DNA of 63,966 bases, counting the filler, from Reticulomyxa filosa (taxonomy: Eukaryota; Protista; Foraminifera): the NCBI GenBank assembly GCA_000512085.1. It is 22 parts of 22 records of this genome, joined end to end, with 100 filler letters (N's around TTAATTAATTAA, not from the genome) between each part and the next. Parts side by side here need not be neighbours in the genome. Positions count along the whole stretch, not along the records: positions 1 to 2,578 come from ASPP01021618.1; positions 2,679 to 11,255 come from ASPP01007144.1; positions 11,356 to 14,538 come from ASPP01035094.1; 19 more parts are not named here. One strand, 5' to 3'. Within the stretch, counting starts at the first letter, position 1. Every line of letters starts with the position of its first letter. Under the pieces are notes generated by a model. It was given only the letters and a program-made list of their open reading frames with translations, did no database searches and was not told the DNA's origin. Of this stretch, positions 1 to 11,734 are shown in pieces. A program made the position numbers and the translations under genes.

Positions 1-46
1 ATTTCAAAAGATACACCAAAAACACACTTTTGTAGAACTTGAAAGC

Positions 47-162
47 AAAAAAAAAGCAAAGGAAGACAAAAGCAAAAAGAAAAGGTGAAATTGGGCGGCG
101 CCTAAGGCGCCGCCTTATTTCGCTTTTTCTTTTTTGCTTTTCCCTTCCTTTGCTTTTTTTTT
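47..162. repeat. Long imperfect palindrome (foldback) with GC-rich core, copy 1
   Basis: Core GGCGGCGCC-TAA-GGCGCCGCC (94-114). The A-rich left arm (aaagcaaaggaagacaaaagcaaaaagaaa) is nearly the reverse complement of the T-rich right arm. A related copy lies at 11058-11190. Confidence 0.8.
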
Positions 163-1149
163 AAATTTGTTTTAGTACCCTTATTTGCTTTGACAGTTTT
201 TTTTTTATGTGTTATTAACTTGTGCAAATTTTGCGTTTATTTTTAGTTTTTGGTTTTAATTTGAATTTTATTTTTAAAGATTTGTTCGTTGAATGAAATT
301 TTGTTATTTTTTGAATCGTTCCATTTTTTTTTCATTTGCAAACTTTCCGCACGTTGTTGAAAACTTTATTTGTCTTTTTTTTTTATCCATTATCACTTAT
401 TCAGTCGGTTATTTTATACTTTTTTTTTATTTAATCAAACGTACAATTTAAATAACACGCAATTCACTTTCCCTTTATTGCCTTTAGTTTGTATTTTCTT
501 TGAATCCTATTCAACAAAGTTCAAACATTTTTTGTATTTTTTCATTTTTTTATATCTTTTTAAATTTTATTTTTTTTACATGCAAGAGCTTTAAGTTCAC
601 AAATGTTCGCACAAAAAAAAGTGTCAGTATGGAATATTTAAAAAACTCTTGCTGTTATTTTTCTTATTGTGAAATAATTTGCACTTTTTTTAAAGATTTA
701 AATAAAGCAAGCAAATACCAATTTCCTTGACGCAATTCAATATCTTAGTATTTTTACTGCTTTAAAGGATTTACATGTGAAAGACATGTGTTAAAATTTT
801 ATTTTTGCAAAAGGAAAAAAAATCTTGAACTTAATGCCTTTTTAAGCTGTCTCACTCAACCGGAAATAAACGTCTTTTGGGTATAATTAAGACATGACTA
901 ATTGAATTCGCCGAGGTTGTATGCGAGACACGCCGCCTATAATCAAACAAGTAGTACTAAACTGCATGTGTAATATACCGTCAATTCCTTCGTGAAGGCT
1001 ATCTTTGCAAATCTTTTGTCAACTCGACATTCGCTTTTTCGGCCGAGTTGCAAGAATAAAGATCGACGTCCACATCAGTCAATGCTCAGGTCGTACTTAA
1101 CCGTCCGTTCCGCGGTGAACACAAAGTTTGTCAAGTTGAAAAGTTCCAG

Positions 1150-2193
1150 ATCATAAGAGGGACTTGGTGGAGTAGACATACTACAACAAAAATTTGATAC
1201 TTTGTTGCGCCAAGGAAATTATGCAGGTGCAGCAGAATTTGCTGCTATTGCTGCCTTAAAAAAAAGTTCAACCCCCCAGATTTACAGTATTATCAACTGC
1301 TGTCGAAACAAGGGCTATTGAACAAATTGAAAAGTGTTCAATTATGTCGCGCATTTTTGCAATGTACACCACTTATTGACCGTAATGATGTAAAGCATTT
1401 ACCCAAAGCTTGGTAGATCAAAACTTTTTGTCTGCCATTGATGTTATGACTGTATGGTTGATAAGTGGCTAAAACAATGTCGAAAAACAACTGAATTTTT
1501 GCTTGATACTTGAGAAATCGTGGTGATCGAGGAGAAATGCCGAATTGCAAACAAATTATTGGAAATCAATTTGCAAATACCCAAGCTATTTTAGAATCCA
1601 AAGATTACAAATTTACTCATTACGATAAGACTTATATTGCAAATTATGCGAATCCGCTCGCTTATTTGATCGCGCTTTGAAACTTTACAAAGTTTAGTCA
1701 AATTAATTGTTGCGTGTTTTGTAAACAGGATTGAGAAAATTTTTTGTTGAAATTCTTTGGAGGTTTGACACCAGAAGATACATTGAGTTGAAATATTCAA
1801 ACACTGGCACAAACTTACAGTTGGTTGTCGAAGTTGCCAAACGATATTCTGAACAATTGACAGTTGAAAAATTGAGTAATTGTTTGAAGACTTTGAATGG
1901 TTTGTGTTAACACTTTACTTATTTTCCCTTTTTTCGACAGTTGATGTTTGTTTTAAATTTTAGTTAATAAATAGACTGTCCGGACTTTATTTGTATTTGT
2001 GAAGTATGTTAAATTCCACCGAATGCTGATGTAGTTTTCAAATATATACAAGCTGCTGCCGAAATTATACAAGTGGCACTAATTGAATTAATATGACGAG
2101 AAAATAACCATTATGATCCTGAGAAAGTAAAGCATTTTTATTTGAATCAAACAAAATCAAAGATCCTAGACATTTGATTCATGTTTGTGATCG
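1150..2193 (+). pseudogene. CHC: Clathrin heavy chain fragment, decayed
   Basis: Manual translation across frameshifts gives QQKFDTLLRQGNYAGAAE, LQYYQLLSKQGLLNKLKSVQLCRAFLQ, AILESKDYKFTHYDKTYIA, NLQLVVEVAKRYSEQL, ADVVFKYIQAAAE, HYDPEKVKHFL and DPRHLIHVCDR. These are collinear with the clathrin heavy chain linker/ankle region, with stops, frameshifts and internal deletions. Confidence 0.9.
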
Positions 2194-2383
2194 TGCCCAT
2201 GCATACAAAAGAATAAGAAATGCTAGAAGTTGTACAAATAGTTGGCAAATGTCCTAACGAAAGACTTTTAAAAAGTGGTTTTTTAGATAAAAATTTTACC
2301 ACTCGTCACAAAACAACTAAAGTTTTTTCCTCAATAATGACTCGAAAAGGGACCAGTTGCATTGACAATCATGCTTTTTCATA

Positions 2384-2543
2384 CAGTAGATTGCAAAAAA
2401 AACTGCCATACCTAAATGTCATTATATGAATAGAATAGATTTTCTCCAAGAAAAATAAGATTTAAACCTATTTTTAAAAAAATATCTACTAATCTTGTAG
2501 TTTTTAAATATTAAATTGGTTTTGTAATAAGTTTTTTCTACAG
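2384..2543 (+). mobile_element. TA-flanked MITE (Tc1/mariner-type ends), degenerate right TIR
   Basis: Begins TA|CAGTAGATTGCAAAAAAAACTGCCATACCTAA, nearly identical to the 10737 copy. Ends ...TCTACAG|TA. Confidence 0.7.
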
Positions 2544-2578
2544 TATGTTGCAAAGAAAACTGAACGCCTAAAACATAT

Positions 2579-2678
2579 NNNNNNNNNNNNNNNNNNNNNN
2601 NNNNNNNNNNNNNNNNNNNNNNTTAATTAATTAANNNNNNNNNNNNNNNNNNNNNNNNNNNNNNNNNNNNNNNNNNNN
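2579..2678. other. Artificial contig spacer (N44-TTAATTAATTAA-N44); 21 such spacers in the window
   Basis: The same 100-nt spacer, with stops in all six frames, recurs throughout (e.g. 11256, 14539, 15813, 30482, 32076, 62867). Confidence 0.99.
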
Positions 2679-2719
<41 letters not shown>

Positions 2720-2775
2720 AGTGTGCTGACAACCGAGGATATTTCGCTCGCCGTCGATCTGTGGCCAGTGTAGTG

Positions 2776-5700
2776 ATGGAAGACTTGGTAAATGAAGATC
2801 CAGTGACGAAAGAAAAAAAGAGACGAGAGAAGCGAGTGTATCGACTTAAAAAGCATTTGCAAGACATTGAACGATATGAGAAGCGCTTGACGACCGGAGA
2901 ACGCCTTCACAAAAATCAAATTGAAAAAATTACACGCAAAGACAAGTACCGAGAGGAACTCGAAAATTTACGAAATGCACCTCCGCCGACCTTGCAGGAC
3001 TTGGCGCGAGAGCGAGAATACGAAGACGAAGCTCCGGGACGCGTTGGAAGCGACGACGAAGCCCACTTGTCAGAGCCACAAAACAAAGGAAGCGAAGCCA
3101 ACAGTGACGAAGAAAACGATAACGACAAGTCTCTTGAACCCGAAACGGATGAAAAAGCGCGAAGGGCAAGCGTTGTTGAAAACATGGTTGAAGTGGCCGT
3201 TGGAGACAGAGTTCGAGTCATGGGAAACAAAACCGGCATTGTACGATATCTCGGCAATGTCGAATTTTCCACTGAAAAGCTCATCGGCATTGAGTTGGAC
3301 CATTGGCATCCCAATGCAACAGATGGCACCGTGCGAGGGAAGACATATTTCAAAGTTGAGTTGGCTCTATTTTTTCGTTTGTCTACTTTTTCTTTGTCAC
3401 TTGCACGGGAGAGGAGCATGTCTTGTAATCAATAGTGCGCTTCAGGCCGTGCGTTTTTTGCAAGACCTAATTTAATCCAGGAAAATTTGGGACCAGCAGT
3501 ATGCATACATATATGCATTTTTGTTTACATTTGTTTGAATGATACCTCGTATTAAATCTTGCAATGTTTGTAACTGAAAACAGGGAAATACCGACAAAAA
3601 AGAAGAAAACGAAGACGAATCAACTCCTCCACCACAAGCCCCGTTGCCCAAAATTCAATTCAAAATCGGAGATTATGTGAAACTGGCCCGAGGAAAAACC
3701 GGAGTAGTAAAATACATTGGAGAGACGGCATTCATGAAAGGAGAAATCATTGGATTAGAACTGGACACATGGACTCCTTATGGACACAATGGCACCATTC
3801 ACAATAAAAAATATTTCGAGGCCAACAATGGACGCGGTTATTTCACAAGACGTAACTCGATTTCTCAAGTAGTAATACCGCTGGTGAAGCAATTGGATCC
3901 AAAGGCCGCCAATGCATCCTACCAATTGCGACCTTTTAAAGCTGGTGACCGAGTGATCCTCAAGGAAAGTGGAGAAACAGGTGTCGTCAGATATGTTGGA
4001 TTCCCTTCGTTCGCTGAGGGTGAAGTCTTTGGCATTGAATTGGACGAATGGTCGATCAATGCCCACGACGGAACAGCAAATGGTGAAATCATTTTCGATA
4101 CCGCACCTGGTCACGGCATCTTTGCAAGACGAGACGAAATTGACAAGTACGACCCCGAAAAAAAGAAATTGGAAGAGGCTAGAATTCAACTAAAGATTGG
4201 TGATCGAGTTACGCTGACTAGAAATAGAACCGGAGTGATCAAATACGTTGGTACAGATTATGTATCGGAGGAAGAGATCGTTGGCGTGGAATTAGGTTAT
4301 ATATACATATGTATATATAGTTGTAGGAAAAGGGGTAGAAATGAAGATGGGAGCAAGAAGATAAACATAAAACATAAAACATAAAACATAAAACAAAAAA
4401 ATTAATTTTTTTGTTTTCTAATGATCTTGTTCCTTTCTTTGATCCTAGATGTTTGGACTCCTGGCGCTCACGATGGCACTCATCGCGGTTATAGATATTT
4501 CAATTGTGCAAAAGGAAGAGGTTTATTTGTTCCGAGGAAATTTATCATTCAAGTCAATCCGATTGCAGATACTGATAACAAGACAGCAGAAGACAGCGAT
4601 AATGAAAAAGAAGAGTCTGGATATGGCATCGGAACCCGAGTGCAAATCGACACTGGCATGAAAGGAGTTTTGTAATTGCATGCAATTGTCTTTGTTGTCT
4701 TCAAATTATCTGTTGACTGAACATAATTTGATCGCATAGACCATACGCTATGTCGGTCGCGACACCCAAGGAGAGGAAGTGTACGGAATTGAAATGGATG
4801 AAAAAGTTCCAAAGGGTACTGATGGCCGTCACAACCAGATGAGATACTTTGACTGCAGGTTTGGTTTTTTTTTTTTGTCACTGTTGTCTCTTGTTTTTCA
4901 AAGAACATAAAGTAAATTGCTATTGGAGAGAGAAACACTTGATGTGCAATTGAAAGACCTGAACGCGGCATATTCGTGCGAAAGCATGTAATTGTGGGAG
5001 TAGTTGAAGAAGATTACATGACAAAATACACCGTCGGCGATCGAGTGAAACTAAATCGAGGACGCTATGGTCTGATCAAATACATTGAGGAAACAGAAGA
5101 AGGCGAAGTATTTGGCATTGAGATTGGTTAACTTATACATTACATACAACTATATATATATGTACATATATGTATGCATATGTACATATATATATTTTTT
5201 TTTGTATGCAAAAGTATTTATTCTCACTTTTGAAAAGAATAATGGTTCACTTGGTAAAATACAGACTCGTGGAGTGGCGAGGTAGCCAATGCCGAAGCCG
5301 GCAGAACCAGACGCTTTAGTGTCAAATATGGACATTCGATAACTCGATCCAAGTTCAGTGTGTCAGGAAATCCGATGCCAACAGAATCCGAAACAGACAA
5401 CAATGGACGAACGAGCATTAAGAATGAAAAAATCGAAGAAGATGACAATCAAGACTTCCGTTTGGGAGAAACGGTCGAATTGAACAATGGTTTGATAGGA
5501 ACAATTCGATTCATTGGGCCTGTGCACTTTGACAAAGACGATTGGATTGGCGTGGAGCTGCACGACGGAAGAGGACAGCATGATGGTGCATATCGAGGAC
5601 AGAGGTACTTTACTTGTCCGCCAAAACGTGGTGTCTTTGTGAAGACTGTCAAGGGTCGTCGAAAAGACGATCCCAGCCGACAATATCTAAAAACGTCGAT

Positions 5701-8700
5701 GCCCTGAATGTGAAGGCGAGTTTTTGAAGTTGCGTAATCCCCCTGGAGCCTATCGCGGAGTGGGCATGGTATGCGAGCATTGCTATCGTCACGGAAGTAA
5801 ATTCTCGGAAGATGATTGGTTCTTCCAATGCTCGAAATGTGAGCAAGTTGATTTGTGTATGGAGTGCATGCTGAAGTTGCGCCCCATGGACGACCGAACA
5901 GAGGATGATGCAGATACACGAGCTCGATATTGTCAGGTGGACGGCCACTGGATATTTGAAGAAATTGACATTGATGACGCCATCTCTGAATTGTCACACA
6001 AAGACCAGGAAGACAAAGGGAAATCTACCGACACAAAACCACATTCTGGTGTTGAGCCTATTGCCGAAGAGGAAGAGGAGGCCGACAATGACGAATTTGA
6101 TTCCAATGACAAGAATAGCCAAGCATTTGACCCATCTATAGTTTTGAACGCCAAACAAATAAATATGAAAAAAAGTTGTATCTTTTTCTTTATTCGTAAA
6201 AATATTTGTAACTTATGACACAGATCAAAGATTTATTTGAATTCTTTGATCGTGACGACGATGGATTATTGCAAAATGCAGACATTGAAGAAATGTGGTC
6301 CGCGTCACAGTATCAATTGAATCGAGACAAGTTCAAAGCGCCATTGGACTTTAGAGAGTTTCAAGACGCGTGGAAACAAGTACCCACCAAAATAGCAGAA
6401 GCTATATGGCAATTTTTGGAAAAAAAACAGAAGCAGGTATGTGCAAATCATATAACACATTTAAACATATATTCTCCAGTTTTTCTCATTGCGTTTCTTC
6501 CTTCAATGCGCTTGTGTTGATACATAGAAAAACTCCCATCGTCAGTCGGTAGTATTTTTAGAGAGAGTGCGAGACATATTCGAGTATTTCGATCGAAATA
6601 TGGACGGAATATTGGCAGTGGATGATATCAATCGAATGCTGCCTTTGGTCAATGTCACCTTTGGCGCAGATCAAGGCAAAAAGTGGTTTGAACCCCCTTG
6701 CGACTTTATCAAGTTTTTGTCGCGATTGCAGACAATGGAAGAAGACCTATCGAGGGAAGTATTGGACCGTCTCGTGCACCACATTCAATTGCGTGTAAAA
6801 GATGTATTCCACTTTTTCACGAGTGAAACGCATCAAGATATGTCGGAAGAAGCATTCTCGCAAATGTATATGTTTTCATTGAAGAAGGAAACACAGTGGC
6901 AAAAGTACTATCGTTTTCCTTGCTCAGAAGTAGATTTTATTGATAATTGGAGACACTTGGGAGTGTTTGAACAGCACGGAATTTTGGCTGAGGCGGACAA
7001 ACGATTGATGAAAGAAGTTATTGTGGAGAAAAAAAACAACTTTGTTTTGTCTTCCTTGCATTGTGTAGCATGTTTGTGTGTTATTTGTTATTTCATTTTC
7101 AAACAGTTACGACAAGTATTCAATTTTTACGACATTGACAATGGACGTTTGAGTCGAGAAGTCTGTCAGGAATTGCTGCAAGCCGTTGGAGGAGATCCAA
7201 ATCAAGTGAACATTTTATTTTCTCCTCCTTGCTCATTCGACCGATTTTTATTCGGATGGAATTTGTTGCAACGCCCACTTAGCACTGATATAGTTCCTGC
7301 TCTACAAAAGCATGTCCAAGAGGTAGCCACTTCATTTTTTGTTTTAATCTTTGCAAAAAAAAAAACAACACACACACAACACTGAATTTTTTTATGATGA
7401 TTTGTATTAGATTGTAACCGATGGTGAAAAACGCACTTCAACGTACAAAGTCCTTGATGTGAAACCAACGACACTATTTAATATTGTTGTTGAGCAAATG
7501 GAGAAAAAAGATGAAAATCATTTCGTCTTTCTTAGAAAGGTTTGTTACATTTTAAAAAAAAAAATGCAATTCATCTACTCTTCTTTTAATTGTCGTGGTT
7601 CACTTTGCTTTGGTTTTTTTTTTTCCATTTGCAATAGCCTTCGAAAACAGCGAAATTGATAAGTGCAGATATGGCGGTATGCGTTTTTTTAATTTTATTT
7701 TGTTTTATCATTGAGATTAGACAAAAATTAATTTTGAGAAGCAATCTTTATTTTTTTCTTTCCTACCCATATAATCTTTTTTTTTATTGATTATGTGTTT
7801 GCTGGTTATTGATAATAACAGAAGTTACAAGAAGAAGCCAACGTAGTAGCTAATAATGTTAAGGGCCTTTTTTTTTTTGCCTTGTTGTATGATGTGCTTG
7901 CAAATATATTTTTTATTGAATGATAGCCTCCACCACCGAAGGGAGGTGTTAGTTCGAAACGTAGAGAATCGCAAATTATCGAAGCTTTCTTGCCAAACCG
8001 CCCGACTCGTGAAGACATGGCGGCAAGACATATTTTAGACAATCTTGAAATTGTTAATTTTCTTTTTGCGTGTTGCTTCGTTTACATTATCTCGACATTT
8101 TGTTATGTGTAAATATGTATAAAGGATTCGGAGACCGCACAAGCAATGAAGAAACTAAAAAAAGAACGAGACGTTATTATCTTAAATCGTCGAATGTTAT
8201 TGAGACCAAAGCCAGAAAACTTGTATCATAGAAACATTGCTCCTACAGGCACATTCGGCGATGAAGTTGAGATTGCTTTGTTAGATCCATTCATCTTCAC
8301 AGTTGTATACAATGTGATGTGATGACTAATTTGATGTTGTTAGGGATATCAAAGCGCACTGAGAGAGAAACAAAACGAGTTTAACAGGAACATTTTAGCT
8401 TTAGAAGAAAGTTTCAAAGGACGTCCAGGCATGGAACACTTATTGGAACAGGGAGTCATCGATCCTGTCACTCTCACCATGGTTGGTTGCTTTTATTTAT
8501 TTAGGGAATGTTGGGGCTTCATTTGTTTTATATATGTGTATATACATATATATATTGAACTTCTTAGTCTCGAAATCAAATATTGCGACGTAACGAATTT
8601 GGAACCGAGGAAGACTCGGACATACTGAAATCGCAACCAGCACGTGGAAGATTTATTGGTATGTTGTTTTTTTTTTTTTTTTGAGTGTGTCAAGAGTGAT

Positions 8701-10050
8701 ATGCTGATTGTTGTGTTATCTTACAATAGAAAATGACTCAGGTTTGGGCAAGGCATTGCGACGACGACCTTCGGTTACAGATTTGATGGTAAAAAATATT
8801 TTGTGGAACGATCCCTCCATTGATGCACAGGCACAAGTGACGGAGCGACGACAACACCGACGACGAACAAGCGAATTGCTGGACCAAAAATTGGCAGAGA
8901 GACCCGACATCAATTCGTTGGTCGAACGGGGTATTATCATCGAGACCAATGATATGTTTGTTGCAGAAGTAGCCACTGCAATGCAACGTGTACAAAATAT
9001 GGGCATGAGCGATCAACACAAGCGGCTCGTGTCAAAGATAATCGCCGATCTGTTGACACAGCACAACATTACTGTACACGATATGAACCAAAGACATGTG
9101 GAAAAAATGAAAGAGTATAAGAGAATGGAAGACGAGGCACATAAAGAATCCAGACGTAGAGAACGAAAATTACGAACAGAGCTGGACAATCGAGCGCGAT
9201 TGATAGCACATAACAATGCAGTTATCGAAAGATATGAACAAGAAAAAAAAGAGGCGCAGCAAGAGATGTCAGAAGAAATTAAAAAGATGAAAGAAGACTA
9301 TGAGGAGCAGCTCCGAATCTTACAAGAAAGCACACGAATACCAATATCCACGTCTGTCCCAAGCTTACAACAAATGAATGCAGATTTCAATCAATATTAT
9401 CGAAGCTATGTGCAATCGTTGCAACAGCTTCAACAATCGATATCCCAATCGAGAGACACCAACTCTGCTGCTTTTATGAACAATGTAGTCCAGCAGACTA
9501 CACAATTGAACACAGCACATAATAACCAAATTGAAAAGCAAAAGAAAGAACTCACTACTGCGTTCCAATCACAGATGAATGCCCGCAAACAAGCTCATGA
9601 CGAAGAATTTGCTAAACTGCAAGAACATCACAATGAAACTTTAAAAACCAAAACAGAAGAAATTGAAAAACTCAAACAGCAGAAAAAGGAAATGTCACAA
9701 ATAGTCACCAAAAAATTGCAAAATTTGCAATATACACACGAAAAAGAAATTGAAAAAGAACGCACTATTGCTACTTTGCTACAACAAAACTTGAAAGAAC
9801 AAAAGAAGCATTTTTGAAGCAACTAGGAGAACGACAAGCGGAGATGGAACTCTTCGTTGCAAGAAATCAAAGAAATAATGCAACCAATGAAAAAGATGCC
9901 GAAATTGCACAACTCAAGGCACAGTTGCAGGGTATGTCTCAAATAAACAGACAAATTCTGGCCGAAAACGAAAAACTGAAAAAATCAAAGAATAATTTAG
10001 AACAACAAATTATTGTTTTGAGTGATCAAATCGTACAAATGTCTATGTGA
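2776..10050 (+). CDS. Multi-exon giant protein: N-terminal helical motif, 7 CAP-Gly domains, ZZ-like Zn finger, EF-hands, RPEL repeats, C-terminal coiled coil
   Basis: CAP-Gly signatures (GDRV..G.V+Y+G..GIELD..DG..YF..G.F) at about 3200, 3665, 3940, 4195, 4625, 5030 and 5460, several split by GT-AG introns. CPEC..CEHC..CSKC..DLCMEC at about 5700-5870. EF-hand loops FFDRDDDGLL, YFDRNMDGIL and FYDIDNGRL. RPEL-like motifs RPTREDMAARHIL, RPKPENLYHRNIA, RPGMEHLLEQGVI, RRPSVTDLMVKNIL and RPDINSLVERGII. Two probable homopolymer frameshifts (about 5690 and 9805). The start may be incomplete. Confidence 0.8.
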
Positions 10051-10736
10051 TGGCTGTTTTTTTTTTTTGGGTTTGTACAGTTGATGAAGTTTGATTTTGT
10101 GTTGCTGAAAGTATTTCATTTGAGTTTTCAACACACAAAAACACCACAGATTTTAGGTTTCGTCTGTGTCGTTTCTGTTCTAAAATGTTAACAATTGTTG
10201 AAAGGAGTTTTATGAGTTTATTTCACACAACCAAAAGTGTGTACAAAAAACCCTTTTGGAAATGTTTGAGGTGTCATCGAACAGTGGTTGCAGTTGTTTT
10301 GTGTGATGATTTTTGCACTTATTTCAATTTGATATCGCAAGAGCGTTTTGTTTTTCGAGTAAACATGATATTTTATGAAAACTCATTTAAAACATTAAAC
10401 AAATGTTTGATTTTGATTAATACATAATTTTTTGTGCTTTACTTGAAAAATATCTTTTTGAATACATTCGGAGAGATATTAAAACGTTATATAGATCTAA
10501 TGCAAGACTTCTATTTGATTATATCCACGAATGATTATTTCGCTTTGTATGCTACACATTGACAGTGAAAATAAAACATTTGCAAAGTGAGATGCATTAT
10601 CTGTAGAAATAATACTTTGTTACAATCCATTTTTAAGTATTTGCTTGCGTGTCTTTTTCAGATTCACTTTCATTCGAATCTACTTTTGTTGTTTGGCCTC
10701 CCAGTTGAATTGTTATAAAAACTTTTCCCGTCAATA

Positions 10737-10881
10737 CAGTAGATTACAAAAAAACTGCCATACCTAAGTGACACCTCTATAAAAGAATCGATTCTCTCCA
10801 TGAAAAATAAACAATTAACACTAAAAAAAAATCTACAAATCTTGTAGTTTTTAAATAAATTTATTTTTCTGCAATCTACTG
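10737..10881 (+). mobile_element. MITE with TIRs and TA target-site duplication
   Basis: TA|CAGTAGATTACAAAAAAA ... TTTTTCTGCAATCTACTG|TA. Confidence 0.85.
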
Positions 10882-11057
10882 TATAATTGGCATGAGTTTA
10901 TGAATAGCTGATGAAAGAAAAATCTTTTGATAGTTCAGACTGCTCAGTTACTAAAAACATAACACAGTAAAACACGAAAAAAATACAACACCAAAGCAAA
11001 AAATAAAATATTAAGCTAAACATTATCTTATTGTCAAAATACTAAATCTGCAATATT

Positions 11058-11190
11058 AAAAAATAAAAAAAAAGGAAAAGAAGGAAAAAGCGAAAAAGAA
11101 AAAATTTAATCCAGGCGGCGCCCATTGGCGCCGCCTGGAACAAATTATTTCTTTTTGCTTTTGTCTTCTTTTCCTTTTTTTTTATTTTTT
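11058..11190. repeat. Long imperfect palindrome with GC-rich core, copy 2
   Basis: Core TCCAGGCGGCGCC-CATT-GGCGCCGCCTGGA (11110-11139). The roughly 50-nt arms are mutually complementary and similar to copy 1. Confidence 0.8.
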
Positions 11191-11355
11191 CCATTGCACC
11201 GCAAAAAAAAACTGGATGCTAAATATCTTTTTCACATTGGAAAGATAATGAAAACNNNNNNNNNNNNNNNNNNNNNNNNNNNNNNNNNNNNNNNNNNNNT
11301 TAATTAATTAANNNNNNNNNNNNNNNNNNNNNNNNNNNNNNNNNNNNNNNNNNNN

Positions 11356-11702
11356 TCATCATCATCATTATTATTACAATTATTATTACAATTAACAGGG
11401 ATCATTTCATCTCCAACAGCCAAGCATCGAGGATACTTATCACTTGGTTCGACACAGCAATATGTATTCTTGTTTTTTACAAAAATGGGATGGTTGACTG
11501 TTGTCGTCAAAGTTTGGCCATTTGATAAATGAATGATGGCATATTCATTGACTTGATAAGTTTCCACGAGTCGAACGACTGTTGGTTCCAACGAATTCGT
11601 GTTGCAATTGTATGACATGATGGCATCTCCAATTTTGACCTCTTCAATTGTCTTTGTGTCCTTTTCGCTGATTGTGACCTATTTTTATTTTATCAATCCA
11701 AC

Positions 11703-11734
<32 letters not shown>

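Noticed and set aside
2579-2678. Recurrent TTAATTAATTAA between N-runs, and ORFs ending in X..LIN
   Set aside because: Artificial contig spacer. Adjacency across spacers has no biological meaning.
5685-5710. Possible programmed frameshifts in the CAP-Gly gene (about 5690 and 9805), and at 28940 and 38170
   Set aside because: All fall in homopolymer or simple-repeat runs, and a single indel restores the frame (e.g. YLKRRCPECEGEF; EQKEAFLKQLG). Sequencing error is the simpler explanation.
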